A stretch of DNA of 64,000 bases from Christensenellaceae bacterium (lineage in GTDB: Bacteria > Bacillota > Clostridia > Christensenellales > CAG-138). Within the stretch, counting starts at the first letter, position 1. Every line of letters begins with the position of its first letter. The stretch spans positions 96,901 to 160,900 of the forward strand of contig OY776633.1 in NCBI GenBank assembly GCA_963675855.1, given 5' to 3'. The position numbers were made by a program, and so were the translations under genes. The notes beneath the pieces are model-generated. The model saw only the letters and a program-made list of their open reading frames with translations, ran no database searches and had not been told where the DNA came from. Positions 1 through 8,862 of the stretch are shown piece by piece.

Positions 1-70
1 TTCATTCTTCGACTTTTGCATCTTTCGACGCCCTTGCCTCAGAATTACTGGCTTGTTTTTGTTTCTTGCA

Positions 71-195
71 CTATATAGTTTTCAAGGTGCTCGACGGCCT
101 TTTTACCCTTTCGAATCGTCCGGCCCCGCCGCTTTCGTTTCGTCCGTTTCTTGCGACAGCCTGATTAGTATAACAGTGAAACGGATTCAAGACAA
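71..195 (-). promoter_or_regulatory. Probable rRNA operon promoter and leader (sigmaA promoter plus boxA-like element); the transcript runs off the left edge
   Basis: Minus strand reads TTGTCT(195-190)-17 nt-TATACT(172-167) with an extended TG. It is followed by GCACCTTGAAAACTATATAG (90-71), which resembles Firmicute rrn leader boxA/processing-stem sequence. No credible ORF; lies downstream of lysS, where Bacillus subtilis has an rrn operon. The rRNA itself is not in the window. Confidence 0.65.
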
Positions 196-346
196 AGGAT
201 GTTTATGCTCAAAATCTTCTAATTTTCGCTTTAATTTGTGTTTAAACACAACTATTTAAAATTATACCCGTAATTTGTTCTTATTCTCTCTTTTTCTGTC
301 TTTTTTAAAATTCATAAATCATATACGGAAAATGGGCCGAAAATAG

Positions 347-376
347 AAAAAACCGCCCCGTAAAAGAGGCGGCTTT
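347..376 (-). terminator. Intrinsic terminator after lysS
   Basis: Minus strand AAAGCCGCCTC-TTTTAC-GGGGCGG followed by TTTTTT. Confidence 0.8.
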
Positions 377-421
377 CCTGTTGCATTTTTTATATGATCG
401 GCAGGGTATCCCCACCTATAT

Positions 422-1930
422 CTACTTCACCGGTTTCATCGTCGGGAAGAGCAGCACGTCGCGGATCGTCGCGGCGTCGGTGAGCAGCATGACGAGCCGG
501 TCGATACCGATGCCGATGCCGCCCGTCGGCGGCAAGCCGTATTCGAGGGCAAGGCAGAAATCCTCGTCGATCATCATGGCCTCGTCGTCGCCCTTTGCGC
601 GCTCCTGCGCCTGCTGCACGAAGCGTCCGCGCTGGTCGACTGGATCGTTGAGCTCGGAAAACGCGTTGGCGTATTCATGTCCCGAAATAAAGAGCTCAAA
701 GCGCTCCGTCAGGTGCGGCTCCTTCGGTTTGCGCTTGCTCAGCGGCGAAATCTCGACCGGATAGTCCGTGATGAACGTCGGCTGAATCAACGTGTCCTCG
801 ACAAACGCGTCAAACGCCTCGGCCAGCAGCTTGCCGCGCGATGTGGTCTTGTCCTTAATCTCCAACCCAAGCCCCTTTGCCTTTAGACGCGCTTCTTCAT
901 CCGAAACGCAGGCGTAGAAATCCACGCCGGTCTGCCGCTTCACCGCGTCGTTCATCGTCACGCGCGCAAACGGCGGGGTCAGGTCGATGTCCCGGCCTTG
1001 ATAAGAAATCTTCATCGTGCCGTTGACGGCGAGGCTGCAGCGGGAGATGAGATCCTCCGCCAGCTCCATCATACCGTTGTAATCGGTATACGCCTGATAT
1101 GCCTCGATGGTCGTGAACTCGGGGTTGTGCATGGCGTCCATACCCTCGTTGCGGAACAGCCGCCCGATCTCGTAGACGCGCTCCAATCCGCCGACGACGC
1201 ACTCCTTGAGGTGCAGCTCGGTGGCGATGCGCAGGTACATGTCGAGGTCGAGCGTGTTGTGGTGCGTCATAAACGGCCGCGCGGTCGCGCCGCTGGCGGT
1301 CGTGTTGAGCACGGGCGTTTCCACCTCGATGAATCCCCGCTCGTCCATGCGGCGGCGGATTTCGGCGATGATGCGGCTGCGCTTTTGAAACATATCGCGC
1401 ACTTCGGGATTGACGATGAGGTCGACAAACCGCTGGCGGTAACGCAGTTCGGGGTCTTTCAGGCCGTGATACTTCTCCGGCAGCGGACGCAGGGACTTGG
1501 ACAGGAGCGTAACCTCCTCTGCGTGGATGCTGGTTTCCCCCGTCCTCGTAACGAACACATACCCCTTGACGCCGAGGATATCGCCGATATCAAACGTCTT
1601 AAACGCAGCGTAGGATTCCTCGCCGATGTCGTCTCGCTTTACGTAAACCTGAATGCGGCCTTTTGCGTCGAGCAGGTGTGCGAAGCTCGCCTTTCCCATG
1701 ATACGCCGCGAGACCATGCGCCCCGCGATCGACACCTGCATGCCGTGTTCGCCTTCCTGCGGCGGCGGCGCGGCGAGGATGTCGCTGCTGGTATGGCTCA
1801 CGTCATAGGACGTGTTCGCAAACGGATCGTTGCCCGCCTCCTGCAGCGCGGATAATTTATCGCGCCTGATCTGCAGCAGTTCCGAGAGCTGTTCCTGCGT
1901 GAGTTCCTGTTCGATGGGCGGGTGTTCCAT
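422..1930 (-). CDS. lysS: Lysine--tRNA ligase (class II)
   Basis: OB-fold (GRMVSRRIMGKASF), YRQRFVDLI, motif 2 FRNEG..HNPEFT, motif 3 YGLPPTGGIGIGIDRL. Start moved to ATG 1930 behind AGAGGAGAGG. Confidence 0.97.
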   Translation of the reverse strand: MEHPPIEQELTQEQLSELLQIRRDKLSALQEAGNDPFANTSYDVSHTSSDILAAPPPQEGEHGMQVSIAGRMVSRRIMGKASFAHLLDAKGRIQVYVKRDDIGEESYAAFKTFDIGDILGVKGYVFVTRTGETSIHAEEVTLLSKSLRPLPEKYHGLKDPELRYRQRFVDLIVNPEVRDMFQKRSRIIAEIRRRMDERGFIEVETPVLNTTASGATARPFMTHHNTLDLDMYLRIATELHLKECVVGGLERVYEIGRLFRNEGMDAMHNPEFTTIEAYQAYTDYNGMMELAEDLISRCSLAVNGTMKISYQGRDIDLTPPFARVTMNDAVKRQTGVDFYACVSDEEARLKAKGLGLEIKDKTTSRGKLLAEAFDAFVEDTLIQPTFITDYPVEISPLSKRKPKEPHLTERFELFISGHEYANAFSELNDPVDQRGRFVQQAQERAKGDDEAMMIDEDFCLALEYGLPPTGGIGIGIDRLVMLLTDAATIRDVLLFPTMKPVK

Positions 1931-1970
1931 TTTCGATCCTCTCCTCTGTCCTCTTTTGCTGACGGTCTGC

Positions 1971-2000
1971 AAAAAACAAGGGGGCCAGCAGCCCCCGTTG
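1971..2000 (-). terminator. Terminator-like hairpin between greA and lysS
   Basis: Minus strand CAACGGGGGC-TGCTG-GCCCCCTTG followed by TTTTTT. Confidence 0.65.
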
Positions 2001-2012
2001 AACCTGTACGCG

Positions 2013-2486
2013 TTACTTGCCGATGGAAGCGACCTTCAGCTTCATCATGCCGCCGGGGGTGACGACCTCGACTATGTCGCCGATTTTATGGCCCAGCACA
2101 GCTTTGCCGACCGGCGATTCGTTTGAAATGCGCCCGTTGGTTGGGTCGGTCTCCGCGCTGCCGACGATCTGGAAGGTGTATTTTTTTGATTTATCGTTTA
2201 CGTCGCTGAGTTTCACCGTCGCGCCGACGCCGACCATCGTATAGTCGATTGCGTTCTCGTCGATGACCTTCGCGTTCTTCAGCTCTTTTTCAAGCTGAAC
2301 GATATCGTATTCGTTCTTCGCCTGCTCGTTCTTCGCGGCGTCGTATTCCGCGTTTTCGGAGAGGTCTCCAAACGCGCGCGCGATTTTCAGCTGTTCGGCG
2401 ATCTCGAGCCGCCGCGTCGTTTTCAGTGTCTCCAGGCGTTCCTCGCGTTTTGCGATCTCTTCGGGTGTCAGCCAGGTTTCTGCCAT
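2013..2486 (-). CDS. greA: Transcription elongation factor GreA
   Basis: ARAFGDLSENAEYDAAK and ISNESPVGKAVLG motifs; ATG 2486 behind AAGGAG. Confidence 0.96.
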   Translation of the reverse strand: MAETWLTPEEIAKREERLETLKTTRRLEIAEQLKIARAFGDLSENAEYDAAKNEQAKNEYDIVQLEKELKNAKVIDENAIDYTMVGVGATVKLSDVNDKSKKYTFQIVGSAETDPTNGRISNESPVGKAVLGHKIGDIVEVVTPGGMMKLKVASIGK

Positions 2487-2540
2487 CGTTCGTTTCTCCT
2501 TTTGCGTGCGGGATCGTTTCAAATCCTACCGTGTTTACCT

Positions 2541-2569
2541 ATTATATTTATGAAAAAAAGTCGTGTCAA
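2541..2569 (-). promoter_or_regulatory. Consensus sigmaA promoter for greA-lysS
   Basis: TTGACA-17 nt-TATAAT on the minus strand, overlapping the dusB stop. Confidence 0.85.
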
Positions 2570-3516
2570 CCCCATATTTTTTCCAATTCCTCCAGGGTCC
2601 TGCACGCGTTGACGCGGGTTCTGAGTTTCGCGGCGTCCTTCGTTCCGCGCAGGTAAAACGCCAGATGTTTGCGCAGTTCCACGATCGCGCGGTCGCCCTT
2701 TTCCTCCAGCGCCATGCGCGCGTGGCGCAGCGCAGTCTCGCGCCGCTCTTCCCGGGTCGGCGGCGTATAGGCGCGCCCGTCGAGCGCGCAGCGGATCTCC
2801 TCGAACACGAACGGGTTGCCCAGCGCGCCGCGTCCGACCATCACGCCGTCGCAACCGGTTTCGCGGAGCGTCTCCAGCGCGCTCTGCGCATCGCGCACGT
2901 CTCCGTTTGCGATGACCGGGATCGAAACCGCCTGTTTGACCGCAGCCATACACGCAAGGTCGGCTTTCCCGGAATACATCTGCGTTCGGGTTCTGCCGTG
3001 TATGGTGAGAAACGAAGCGCCGCTTTCTTCACACATGCGGGCGAATTCCACGGCGTTTTGATGCGCTTCGTCCCAACCCTTTCGGAATTTGACCGATACG
3101 GGCACATGCGCGGCTTTTGCCGTCGCCTCCACGATGCTTCCCGCAAGCGCGGGATCGAGCATGAGCGCGCAGCCGTCGCCGTTGCCGGCGATCTTCGGCG
3201 CGGGACAGCCCATGTTCAGGTCGATGGCAAGGAGCTTATCGCCCAGATCTTCCTCTACGATGCGCACCGCGGCAGAAAGCGTCTCCGTTTCGCTGCCGAA
3301 GAGCTGTACGGCGTACGGCTCGTCCTCGTCCTTCGTAAAATACAGCGCCCGGGTCCTTCCGCTCATAAAGAGCAGCCCCTTGGCGCTTACCATTTCGCTG
3401 ATGAGCAGATCCGCGCCCTTTTCGCGGCAGAGCAGGCGGAACGACCGGTCGGTGTACCCCGCCATCGGGGCCAGGCATACGGCGGGCCTCCCCGCGGGAA
3501 AAATCCGCCGCGTCAT
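2566..3516 (-). CDS. dusB: tRNA-dihydrouridine synthase B
   Basis: LAPMAG, QLFGS, DLNMGCP, TIHGRT, IANGD and MVGRGALGNP motifs. Confidence 0.93.
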   Translation of the reverse strand: MTRRIFPAGRPAVCLAPMAGYTDRSFRLLCREKGADLLISEMVSAKGLLFMSGRTRALYFTKDEDEPYAVQLFGSETETLSAAVRIVEEDLGDKLLAIDLNMGCPAPKIAGNGDGCALMLDPALAGSIVEATAKAAHVPVSVKFRKGWDEAHQNAVEFARMCEESGASFLTIHGRTRTQMYSGKADLACMAAVKQAVSIPVIANGDVRDAQSALETLRETGCDGVMVGRGALGNPFVFEEIRCALDGRAYTPPTREERRETALRHARMALEEKGDRAIVELRKHLAFYLRGTKDAAKLRTRVNACRTLEELEKIWG

Positions 3517-4157
3517 GGCGCGTCCGGCACTTCCGTTGGCTTCGGGGTCGGCGTCGCCGCTGGAATAGGTGACTCGTTGGGATCCGGCGTGCCGAGGTCG
3601 GACTGATCGGGATTCTCCTCGAGCACCGTCATTTCGGAGATATACCAGCGCGCGTTGGCGTTGATGAATTTGATCTTATAGCGCCGCGGTGTCCACTGCG
3701 GCAGGGGGAAATCGTCCGCGTTCTGATCCTCGCCGAGCTGATCCGCGTTGATCGTGCCTTTGAGCGACACGCGCTCGGTCGCGATGACCGTCGCGCTCAT
3801 CGACCACGGCAGCACGCTGATGCGGTTGATCGTCAGATCGTAGCTGTAATCCGATATCGTATAGTTGGCGTACGTCGCGTCCGACATAGCGGGGTCGCCG
3901 TCCAAAAACGAGAGCGTGAAATACTCCTCCAGGTCGTTGCGCGCGCCGTCGGTGATCACGCAATCCGCGCGCAGCGCCATGCCTTCCGATGTCAGTATAT
4001 AAAGGTTGGAGTAACGCTCCGCCGTTAAAAACGCGCCGATGCATAAAATGACGCCCATGATAATCATCAGAAGCGTACGCACAAGGTACAGCATCGAGCG
4101 GCGCGCGATGCGCAGATTGCGTGCGTTCTTCGGTTCTTCGTGATTGGAATGCGTCAT
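3513..4157 (-). CDS. Hypothetical membrane-anchored protein
   Basis: One N-terminal hydrophobic helix after a basic stretch, Pro/Thr-rich tail, RBS GAGGGTGAGG, ATGA overlap with dusB. Confidence 0.75.
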   Translation of the reverse strand: MTHSNHEEPKNARNLRIARRSMLYLVRTLLMIIMGVILCIGAFLTAERYSNLYILTSEGMALRADCVITDGARNDLEEYFTLSFLDGDPAMSDATYANYTISDYSYDLTINRISVLPWSMSATVIATERVSLKGTINADQLGEDQNADDFPLPQWTPRRYKIKFINANARWYISEMTVLEENPDQSDLGTPDPNESPIPAATPTPKPTEVPDAP

Positions 4158-4372
4158 GGCCTCACCCTCGCTCGCTATGATAGCATATCGTACTACGCTT
4201 GGCAAACCAACAAATTGGAAACAAATCCGCACGATTTTTGCCGCAATTGCGGCCGTGTTTCGTGACGATCTCACACGCCTATACCCTGCTTCGGTTGACA
4301 TATATGATAGAGCGCTTATAATGGAAACGCCGGGTTTTCGGCAAATATCAAAAACAGAGGAATCCTATCGCC

Positions 4373-5212
4373 ATGGAAGAATGCAACCACGAATGCTCGA
4401 GCTGCTCCGCAAACTGCGACAGCCGTGAACCAAACAGCCTCATCGAAGCGCCGCACGTGTTGACGCACGTGAAAAAAGTCATCGGCGTGGTCAGCGGCAA
4501 AGGCGGCGTCGGCAAGTCCATCGTCACCTCTATGCTCGCCGTGTTGATGCGCCGCAGGGGATACCGCACCGCCATACTGGACGCGGACATCACCGGGCCC
4601 TCCATCCCGCAGGCGTTCGGCCTGCACGGCAAGGCGGAAGGCTCCGAAGAGGGCATCTTCCCGATGCAGACCAAGACCGGCATCGAGGTCATGAGCATGA
4701 ACGTGCTGCTCGAAAACGAGACCGACCCCGTCGTCTGGCGCGGGCCGATCATCGCGGGTTCGGTCAAGCAGTTCTGGACGGACGTGATCTGGGGCAGCGT
4801 GGACGTGATGTTCATCGACATGCCGCCGGGCACGGGCGACGTGCCGCTGACGGTATTCCAGTCCATCCCCGTGGACGGCATCGTCGTGGTCACCTCTCCC
4901 CAGCAGCTCGTGAGCATGATTGTGGAGAAGGCCATGTATATGGCGGGTCTTCTCAAAATACCCGTGCTCGCGCTCGTGCAGAACATGAGCTATGTCGAGT
5001 GCCCCAAATGCAAGGAGATCATCCGTCCGTTCGGCGAGAGCGACATCGCCGCGCTGGCAAAGAAGCACGACATCCCTCTCACCGCCGAACTGCCGATTGA
5101 AAAGGAACTCGCAGTCGCCTGCGACGCGGGTGTGATCGAACTCTTCGTTGGCGACTGGCTCAACCATCTTGCGGATAACATCGAAGCGATGGTAAAAGAA
5201 GAGAAAAAGTAG
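4373..5212 (+). CDS. mrp: Mrp/NBP35 family Fe-S carrier ATPase
   Basis: SGKGGVGKS, DADITGPS, WRGP, DMPPGTGD, CPKC and a Cys-rich N-terminus. TTGACA-16-TATAAT promoter at 4295-4322. Confidence 0.92.
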   Translation: MEECNHECSSCSANCDSREPNSLIEAPHVLTHVKKVIGVVSGKGGVGKSIVTSMLAVLMRRRGYRTAILDADITGPSIPQAFGLHGKAEGSEEGIFPMQTKTGIEVMSMNVLLENETDPVVWRGPIIAGSVKQFWTDVIWGSVDVMFIDMPPGTGDVPLTVFQSIPVDGIVVVTSPQQLVSMIVEKAMYMAGLLKIPVLALVQNMSYVECPKCKEIIRPFGESDIAALAKKHDIPLTAELPIEKELAVACDAGVIELFVGDWLNHLADNIEAMVKEEKK

Positions 5213-5275
5213 ATTTTTCCGGAATATCTATAATAAAGTCGTCTGATTCTCACGGCGACGCAAAGGAGATACGGC

Positions 5276-5641
5276 ATGATCATATCGCACATTGATAAAA
5301 CGAAAACCGTGACGCTGCCCGACGGCTTATATAAAAACGTCAAGGGGCAGGTCCTGATCTCTCCGGCATGCGGCTCCGATGAAAACGTACTGCGGCTTTT
5401 TCACATCGCGCAGGGCGGTCATTCCGCCAATCACACGCACGATTACCCGCACTACATCTATGTTCTCGAGGGCGAAGGCACGATCGAGTTGAATCATGAG
5501 AAATATCCGATCAAAGCCGGATCGTACGCCTTTGTTCCCAACAACGTTCAGCATCAGCTGGTCAATACCGCCACGGCCGGGCAAGCGCTGAAATTTTTAT
5601 GCATGGTTCCGGTGGAAGGCCATAAAGGATTTCCAGAGTAA
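5276..5641 (+). CDS. Cupin domain protein
   Basis: HTH..PH..YVLEGEG and G...FVP....HQL.N cupin motifs; RBS AAGGAG. Confidence 0.85.
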   Translation: MIISHIDKTKTVTLPDGLYKNVKGQVLISPACGSDENVLRLFHIAQGGHSANHTHDYPHYIYVLEGEGTIELNHEKYPIKAGSYAFVPNNVQHQLVNTATAGQALKFLCMVPVEGHKGFPE

Positions 5642-5662
5642 AAGTTTCATATAATTGTGATA

Positions 5663-5694
5663 AGCAAAACGACCGGTGCGCCGGTCGTTTTGCT
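5663..5694. terminator. Bidirectional terminator hairpin between cupin and doc (copy 1 of a duplicated hairpin)
   Basis: AGCAAAACGACCGG-TGCG-CCGGTCGTTTTGCT between convergent genes. Confidence 0.8.
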
Positions 5695-5703
5695 ATCGCC
5701 AAT

Positions 5704-6081
5704 TCATTTCACGTTTTCCCTTACCCAGGCAAGCAAGCCGTCATACTTCATCGAGCCATCGGCAACCGATAATCCAACGCGCACAACTTCCGCGTTCGTC
5801 GGGCGGATTTTAATCCCGTTCACTTCGAGGAACGTGAGCATGATGTACATACCGATGCGTTTATTCCCGTCCACAAACGCGTGATTTGAGATGAGCGCAA
5901 ATCCCAGCCGCGCGGCTTTCTCTTCCTTGGATGGATAAAGATCCTCACCGTCAAACGTTGCATACGCGCTCTCCAGCGCGGAATCCAACAAACCGATATC
6001 GCGCAGACCCGGGTCGCCGCCCGTTTCCTGCGTGATCAGCTGATGCAGTAAAAGAACCTTGTCCTGTGAGAATCTGATCAC
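5704..6081 (-). CDS. doc: Death-on-curing (Doc/Fic) family toxin
   Basis: GLRD.GLL.SAL and HAFVDGNKR Doc motif; GTGA overlap with the upstream antitoxin. Confidence 0.92.
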   Translation of the reverse strand: MIRFSQDKVLLLHQLITQETGGDPGLRDIGLLDSALESAYATFDGEDLYPSKEEKAARLGFALISNHAFVDGNKRIGMYIMLTFLEVNGIKIRPTNAEVVRVGLSVADGSMKYDGLLAWVRENVK

Positions 6082-6320
6082 TTCGCAAGTTCCAAAAACG
6101 CGGAGCGGTAGAGCCGCAAAATCCGTGCGGCTGCAACGTCGATCTTTTCCTCGTCCGACAGCTCAAATTCCGGTTCGCGTTCCATATCGACCAAACGGTA
6201 TTTCGGCCTGTTGTTTCGAAATATGACGGCTACGCCGTATCGGTCCGCAATTCGTGCAACACGAGAGAAGTTTTGATTTGCCTCCGTCATGGACGAGATG
6301 GTTTCCGTATCGATTTCCAT
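6078..6320 (-). CDS. phd: Phd/YefM family antitoxin
   Basis: SMTEANQNFSRV...VIFRNNRP Phd-type N-terminus; 80 aa; immediately upstream of doc. Confidence 0.88.
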   Translation of the reverse strand: MEIDTETISSMTEANQNFSRVARIADRYGVAVIFRNNRPKYRLVDMEREPEFELSDEEKIDVAAARILRLYRSAFLELAK

Positions 6321-6338
6321 AAGAGTTCCTCCGTTGTT

Positions 6339-6372
6339 ATTGTAACGGGAATATAGGATTAAATCAACCTAT
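6339..6372 (-). promoter_or_regulatory. phd-doc promoter with overlapping palindromic operator
   Basis: TTGATT-17 nt-TACAAT on the minus strand. The inverted repeat ATAGG-N10-CCTAT (6353-6372) covers the -35, as expected for TA autorepression. Confidence 0.7.
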
Positions 6373-6413
6373 TTTTTTTAAAATTCCGCACATCGCCAAA
6401 CTATTCCAACAAA

Positions 6414-6444
6414 ACAAAACGACCGGTTCAACCGGTCGTTTTGT
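6414..6444 (-). terminator. Terminator after kbl (copy 2 of the duplicated hairpin)
   Basis: ACAAAACGACCGGTT-C-AACCGGTCGTTTTGT, about 11 nt after the kbl stop. Confidence 0.8.
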
Positions 6445-6455
6445 ATTTGAAACGA

Positions 6456-7640
6456 TTATAACCCCATCTCCGCCTTGACGGCGGCAAAGGCCGCAACCGC
6501 GAAATCGAGGTCTTCTTTTGTGTGCGCCGCGGAGACCTGCGTGCGGATGCGAGCCTTGCCCGTCGGCACCACGGGATAGAAGAAACCGATCACGTAAACG
6601 CCGTGCTCCAGCATCCTGGCCGCAAACTCCTGCGCGACCTTCGCGTCGTAGAGCATGACCGGCACGATGGGATGCTCGCTTTCGGGCACGTCGAAGCCGA
6701 GTTTGCCCAGTTCCGCGCGGAAATACTTCGTGTTTTCATGCAGTTTATCGCGCAGCGCGGTGGATTCTTCCAGCAGGTCGAGCACCTTGATGCTCGCCGC
6801 GCAGATTGCGGGCGCGACGGTGTTGGAAAACAGGTACGGCCGAGAGCGCTGCCGCAGCAGATCGACGATCTGTTGCTTAGCCGCCGTATAACCGCCGCTT
6901 GCTCCGCCGAGCGCCTTGCCCAGCGTTCCGGTGATGATGTCCACGCGTCCCATCACGCCGCAGTATTCGTGCGTGCCGCGCCCGTGCGCTCCCATGAAAC
7001 CCACGGCGTGGCTGTCGTCCACCATCACCAGCGCGCCGTATTCCTCCGCCAGATCGCAGACGCCGGAGAGGTTTGCGACAAACCCGTCCATGGAAAACAC
7101 GCCGTCGGTGGCAACGAGCTTGATGCGCGCGCCTTTCGCCGCCTCCAGCTGCTCGCGAAGGCTTTTCATATCGTTGTTTTTATAGCGGTAGCGCGCGGCC
7201 TTGCACAGGCGCACGCCGTCGATGATGCTCGCGTGATTGAGCTCGTCGGAGATCACCGCGTCGGCGTCGGTCAACAGCGTTTCGAACAGGCCGCCGTTGG
7301 CGTCGAAGCAGGAGCTGTAGAGGATCGCGTCGTCCATGCCGAGGAAGTTTGCAACGCGTTTTTCCAGTTCCTTATGGATGCCCTGCGTGCCGCAGATGAA
7401 GCGCACGGACGATAATCCGTAGCCCCATGTGTCATAAGCTTCCTTTGCGCTTTTAATGATTTCGGGATTGTCCGCCAGCCCCAGATAGTTGTTGGCGCAC
7501 ATGTTGAGCACGCTCTTTGTCTTCGTCGTATCGATGCGCGCGCCCTGCGGCGTGGTGATCACGCGCTCGTCCTTATAGGTGCCCGCGGCGCGAATGTCGC
7601 TTAACAGTCCGCTGTAGATGTCGTATGCCGGTTTTCTCAT
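6456..7640 (-). CDS. kbl: Glycine C-acetyltransferase (2-amino-3-ketobutyrate CoA ligase)
   Basis: [44 protein letters not shown] (PLP Lys), [11 protein letters not shown]. Confidence 0.96.
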   Translation of the reverse strand: MRKPAYDIYSGLLSDIRAAGTYKDERVITTPQGARIDTTKTKSVLNMCANNYLGLADNPEIIKSAKEAYDTWGYGLSSVRFICGTQGIHKELEKRVANFLGMDDAILYSSCFDANGGLFETLLTDADAVISDELNHASIIDGVRLCKAARYRYKNNDMKSLREQLEAAKGARIKLVATDGVFSMDGFVANLSGVCDLAEEYGALVMVDDSHAVGFMGAHGRGTHEYCGVMGRVDIITGTLGKALGGASGGYTAAKQQIVDLLRQRSRPYLFSNTVAPAICAASIKVLDLLEESTALRDKLHENTKYFRAELGKLGFDVPESEHPIVPVMLYDAKVAQEFAARMLEHGVYVIGFFYPVVPTGKARIRTQVSAAHTKEDLDFAVAAFAAVKAEMGL

Positions 7641-8689
7641 GTCCGCTCCTCCGTCCAGTCCAGTACCACCTTGCCGGATTGTCCGCTGTTCATCACGGCG
7701 AAGGCTTCTTCGAATTCGGTATAGTGATAGCGGTGCGTCAGTACAGGCGAGAGGTCCAGCCCGGCCTCCACCATCGCCATCATCTTGTACCAGGTTTCAT
7801 ACATCCTGCGCCCGTACACGCCCTGCAGCGTGAGGCCCTTAAAGATCACGTCGTTCCAGTCGATCACGGTGCCCGGGCCCGCGATGCCGAGTAGCGCCAC
7901 CCTGCCGCCGTTTCGCATGAGCTTGAGCATCTGGTTCAGCGCCGCGCCGCTGCCGCTCATCTCGCAGCCCACGTCGAAGCCCTCTATGATGTGCAGTTCC
8001 TTCATCGCGTCCTCGACGGTCTGGTTTTTGAGGTTGACCACCGCCGACGCGCCCATCTGTTTCGCGATGCCGAGGCGGTAGTCGTTCACGTCGGTCACGA
8101 CTATGCGGCGCGCGCCGTTCTGGCGGCAGATGCCGACCGCCATCATGCCGATGGGCCCCGCGCCCGTGATGAGCACGTCCTCGCCGGTCACGTCGAACAT
8201 CGTCGCCGTGTGGCAGGCGTTGCCGTACGCGTCGTAAAACGCGACGATCTCCTCCGGCGTGGTCGTCGGCACGGCGATGACGTTCGTCTCCGGAATGCAG
8301 AGGTATTCCGCAAACGCGCCGTCGCGGTTGACGCCGACGCCCTTAGTAAACTTGCACCAGTGCCCGTTGCCCGCGCGGCAGTTTCGGCAGTGGCCGCAGA
8401 CGATGTGCCCCTCTCCGGTCACGATCTGGCCGACGTGGTAATCGTCCACGCCCGGGCCGAGCGCGGCGATCTCGCCGACGTATTCGTGCCCGACGGTCAT
8501 CGGCGGCACGATGGTCTTCTGGCTCCAGGGATCCCAGTTGTAGATGTGTACGTCGGTTCCGCAGATGGCGGTCTTGTGGATCTTGATGAGCACTTCGCCG
8601 ATCTGCGGCACGGGGGTTTTTACCTGTTTGAGGGTCAGCCCCTTGTCGGCGGTCTCCTTGACGAGCGCGCGCATGTAGGCAGGAAACAT
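7637..8689 (-). CDS. tdh: L-threonine 3-dehydrogenase
   Basis: [46 protein letters not shown]; ATG 8689 behind GGAGGG; coupled to kbl. Confidence 0.95.
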   Translation of the reverse strand: MFPAYMRALVKETADKGLTLKQVKTPVPQIGEVLIKIHKTAICGTDVHIYNWDPWSQKTIVPPMTVGHEYVGEIAALGPGVDDYHVGQIVTGEGHIVCGHCRNCRAGNGHWCKFTKGVGVNRDGAFAEYLCIPETNVIAVPTTTPEEIVAFYDAYGNACHTATMFDVTGEDVLITGAGPIGMMAVGICRQNGARRIVVTDVNDYRLGIAKQMGASAVVNLKNQTVEDAMKELHIIEGFDVGCEMSGSGAALNQMLKLMRNGGRVALLGIAGPGTVIDWNDVIFKGLTLQGVYGRRMYETWYKMMAMVEAGLDLSPVLTHRYHYTEFEEAFAVMNSGQSGKVVLDWTEERT

Positions 8690-8819
8690 GGATCGTATCC
8701 CTCCAAATTTACAGTATTCGCGTAACCGCATGTTTATACAATATGACTGTAACGCCTTTTTACGTTATTTTCAATGCATCTGGAATAATATAAAATCCTG
8801 CACAGGCCGGAACGAATTT

Positions 8820-8850
8820 CGCCCGCCGGAGAGCGTGCTTCCGGCGGGCG
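8820..8850 (-). terminator. Hairpin after gcvT-glyA
   Basis: CGCCCGCCGGA...TCCGGCGGGCG inverted repeat; the U-tract is weak on the minus strand. Confidence 0.55.
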
Positions 8851-8862
8851 GTTTATCGTTGT

